A stretch of 64,000 nt of DNA from Candidatus Binatia bacterium (lineage in GTDB: Bacteria > Desulfobacterota > Binatia > DP-6), in NCBI GenBank assembly GCA_046327955.1, contig JAXLXP010000006.1:82977-146976 (forward strand), read 5' to 3'. How positions within the stretch are numbered: the stretch's first letter is position 1; every line of letters starts with the position of its first letter. The translations under genes were made by a program, and so were the position numbers. This document shows, piece by piece, positions 61,650 to 64,000 of the stretch. A model generated the notes under the pieces. The model made no database searches and was not told where the DNA came from. It saw nothing but the letters and a program-made list of their open reading frames with translations.

Positions 61650-62852
61650 TCAGAGTTTGGAGCCGCCGACGAGGCTCAGGACTTCGTTGCAGCCGTCCTC
61701 GATCATCGAGGCGCGGGCGTCGCGCAGGACCTTCTCGATCGGGTACTCGCGACTGAGGCCGTTGCCGCCGAAGATCTGCAGCGCGGTGCTGGCGGCCTCG
61801 AATGCCGTCGTCGTGCAGAAGACCTTCGACGCGATCGAGTACTGCACGAGCGGCGGGTTGACGCTGTTGTGCAGCAGGACGCGCCACGCGAGCGAGCGCG
61901 CGGCCTCGGCCTGCGTGAATGCTTGGAAGAGCCGGCCCCGGACGCTCTGGTGTTCGAAGATCGGCACGCCGCCCTGCACGCGCTGCTTGGCGTAGGCGAT
62001 CGCGTGCTCGACGGCCGCGCGCGCGAGCCCGCAGAAGATGGCGCCCATGCTCGCGTTGGCGAGCGCGAGGACCATCTCGACCACGGTGCCGTACATCTCC
62101 GGTCCGACGATCATGTACTCGGCCGGGATGCGGACGTTGTCGAAGAATATCTCGCCCTGGTTGAGGGCCCGCTGCCCGAGCTTGTCGAGCGGTCTCCCGC
62201 GCGTGACGCCAGGGCCGCCGAGCGGCACGAGGCACACGCCGCCGCCGCGCAGGCCCTGGCTGGGGTCGACGGTGCAGAAGAGCGCGGCGACGGTGGCGAT
62301 GGTGCCGTTCGAGACCCACGCCGCTTTCTGGCCGTTGATGACGTACTCGTTGCCCTCGAGTCGGGCGGTGCAATTCGCCCGGATGCTGGCGTTGGCGAAG
62401 TGGCTCTCGGTCATGGTGAGCTGATCGCTGCCGTGGTCGGGCTCGGTGATGGCCCAGCAGCCGATCTCCTTCGACCCCGCCGCGCCGAAGCGCTCCATCA
62501 GGGCGGGCCGGCCCGACATCTGGGCGAAGTAGCGCGGGAACGTCGAGACGCCGAGGCTGATCGCCAGCCCCGCGTCGCCCCAGCCGAGTTGCTCCGAGAC
62601 CAGGAAGCGCATTCGCGCCCGCTGCAGCATCGAGAGGTCGCCCTCCATGCTGTCCAGTACGTCGAGGTCGAGCCGCCGGTACTGGTCGAACACGCCCCAG
62701 AGCGGCGAGCCCTTGGCGATCACCTGGTCGGGATCCGGCAGGCGGTCGAGGGCGGCACCGACCGGCCGCATGACGTCGGTGGCGAACCGGCGCGCGGTGT
62801 CGCGGACGGCGCGCTCGTCTTCGCTGAGCGTGTCGAGATCGACGAATGGCAT
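61650..62852 (-). CDS. Acyl-CoA dehydrogenase
   Basis: 400 aa from ATG 62852 (GGGAGGG RBS); ACAD fold motifs (AITEPDHGSD, FGGNGLSREYPIEKVLRDAR). Confidence 0.85.
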   Translation of the reverse strand: MPFVDLDTLSEDERAVRDTARRFATDVMRPVGAALDRLPDPDQVIAKGSPLWGVFDQYRRLDLDVLDSMEGDLSMLQRARMRFLVSEQLGWGDAGLAISLGVSTFPRYFAQMSGRPALMERFGAAGSKEIGCWAITEPDHGSDQLTMTESHFANASIRANCTARLEGNEYVINGQKAAWVSNGTIATVAALFCTVDPSQGLRGGGVCLVPLGGPGVTRGRPLDKLGQRALNQGEIFFDNVRIPAEYMIVGPEMYGTVVEMVLALANASMGAIFCGLARAAVEHAIAYAKQRVQGGVPIFEHQSVRGRLFQAFTQAEAARSLAWRVLLHNSVNPPLVQYSIASKVFCTTTAFEAASTALQIFGGNGLSREYPIEKVLRDARASMIEDGCNEVLSLVGGSKL

Positions 62853-62986
62853 CGAGAGCCCTCCCTGTAGCGTGAAGCAGGAGCTGAATATACGGGGGGG
62901 CGCGCCAGCGGGATGATCCCCGTCATGTCCGGGGCCCGCCGGTTTGTACGCGGCTGGAGCGGCCTCCATAATTGCCGAACGGTCGC

Positions 62987-64000
62987 ATGGACGGACGCAG
63001 CCGGTTCGAGGTGGTCATCGTCGGCGCCGGCATCGCCGGGGCGTCGCTCGCGTATTTCCTGGCCGAGAGCGGCCTGACCGACGTCCTTCTGCTCGAGCGC
63101 GAGGACCAGCTCGCCTACCATTCGACCGGCCGCAGCGCCGCGGTGCTGTCGGAGCTCGATCCCGTCGCGGCGCTGCGCCAGCTCAAGACCCTGGCCGCCC
63201 CGTTCCTGCGCGAGCCGCCGGCCGGCTTCGCCGAGCATCCGCTGCTGGCTCGTTCGGGGGTGATGGCGGTCTTCGCCGGGGCGGCCTGGGACGCCTTCCA
63301 GCAGGCGGCGCCGGTGCTCGAAGCGGACGGCATGCGCCTTGCGCTGCTCGGGCGCACCGAGGTGCTCGCCCGCGTCCCGGTGCTCGCCGCCGATCAGGTC
63401 GACGGCGCCGTGCTGCTGCCGGACGATGGTCACATCGACGTCCACGAGCTGCTGTCGGCCTATCTGCGGCACGCCCGGGCCCGTGGCGCCGCGCTGCGGC
63501 TCGGGGCCGAGGTGATCGGGCTCCGCGTCGACGGCGGGCGGTGCACGGGCGTCGTCACGCGCGGCGGCGAGTACCGCGCGGCGCTCGTCGTGAATGCGGC
63601 GGGCGCCTGGGCCGGCGAGGTCGCGCGTGCCGCGGGGGCGATCCCGATCCCCCTCGTGCCGCACCGCCGCACGATCGTCACGTTCGCGCCGCCCGCCGGG
63701 ATCGACGTGCGCGCGTGGCCGTTCGTGATCTGTGACGGGCACGGGGTCTACTTCGCGCCCGAGTCCGGCGGGGTGAAGCTGAGCCCCATGGACGAGGACC
63801 CGATGCCGCCGTGCGACGCGCGGCCGGACGAGGTCGTGATCGCCACGGCGCTCGAGCGGCTGGGCGTGATCGCGCCGGCGCTGGTGCCGCGGGCGCTCGG
63901 TCGCTGCTGGGCAGGCCTGCGCAGCTTCGTGCCCGACCGGCTCCACGTCGTCGGCGCGGACCCCCGGCTGCCGGGTCTCTTCTGGCTCGCGGGGCAGGGC
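62987..64000 (+). CDS. FAD-dependent oxidoreductase (DAO family), 3'-truncated by window edge
   Basis: ATG 62987; dinucleotide-binding VVIVGAGIAGASLAYFLAE; open to window end. The track's 62944..63735 ORF is a different, Arg-rich frame. Confidence 0.75.
   Translation, partial: MDGRSRFEVVIVGAGIAGASLAYFLAESGLTDVLLLEREDQLAYHSTGRSAAVLSELDPVAALRQLKTLAAPFLREPPAGFAEHPLLARSGVMAVFAGAAWDAFQQAAPVLEADGMRLALLGRTEVLARVPVLAADQVDGAVLLPDDGHIDVHELLSAYLRHARARGAALRLGAEVIGLRVDGGRCTGVVTRGGEYRAALVVNAAGAWAGEVARAAGAIPIPLVPHRRTIVTFAPPAGIDVRAWPFVICDGHGVYFAPESGGVKLSPMDEDPMPPCDARPDEVVIATALERLGVIAPALVPRALGRCWAGLRSFVPDRLHVVGADPRLPGLFWLAGQG

Noticed and set aside
62944-63735. 263-aa Arg-rich ORF at the 3' end
   Set aside because: The adjacent frame from ATG 62987 encodes a convincing FAD-binding GxGxxG oxidoreductase that runs off the window. 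The listed ORF is the GC-bias shadow frame.

Overview
This 64 kb window is very GC-rich (about 70-75%) and densely coding, with roughly 60 protein-coding genes. I found no rRNA, tRNA, CRISPR array, transposase or integrase. A TIGR02232-like 'CGNGxxxxGEQCD' cysteine-rich repeat and Thr-rich linker proteins suggest a myxobacterial (Myxococcota-like) chromosome. Most long ORFs in the six-frame track are antisense or out-of-frame artefacts of the GC bias. I called real genes by recognisable protein motifs, start-codon context and operon logic.

Recognisable content, in order:
- A recA locus, pgpA-cinA-thpR-recA-pilT-recX, in which a PilT-family ATPase sits between recA and recX.
- An aa3-type cytochrome c oxidase cluster, coxB-coxA-coxC-coxD-coxC', with two subunit III paralogs.
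- alaS-phoH-ybeY-lnt.
- An orphan dCache/PAS histidine kinase followed by a GH114 hydrolase.
- gloA, a thiolase, an MltB-like transglycosylase, and prfB carrying its canonical programmed +1 frameshift site.
- A compact luxE-like / luxC-like / class-III aminotransferase cassette. The luxC-like frame is interrupted.
- A CoA-transferase operon, an SDR, a DAHP synthase, a luciferase-like monooxygenase (LLM), a DUF1329 protein and a flavin reductase.
- Two large secreted Thr-linker/Cys-repeat proteins.
- An MMPL/RND transporter fused to a cNMP-binding domain, a Tat-exported GMC dehydrogenase pair and a phosphofructokinase.
- A long minus-strand run: ZIP, CDF, GST, zinc-ribbon adenylate cyclase-STAND-TPR, CBS, a small ORF, ppsA, TRASH-Usp.
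- A beta-oxidation-like operon and a partial FAD oxidoreductase at the 3' edge.

The most interesting candidates:
- The luxE/luxC/aminotransferase cassette, a putative fatty acid to aldehyde to amine route.
- The cNMP-binding RND fusion, taken together with the nearby multidomain cyclase.
- The novel secreted repeat proteins.
- The recA-pilT-recX arrangement.

All calls rest on motif recognition by eye. None has been confirmed by database search.
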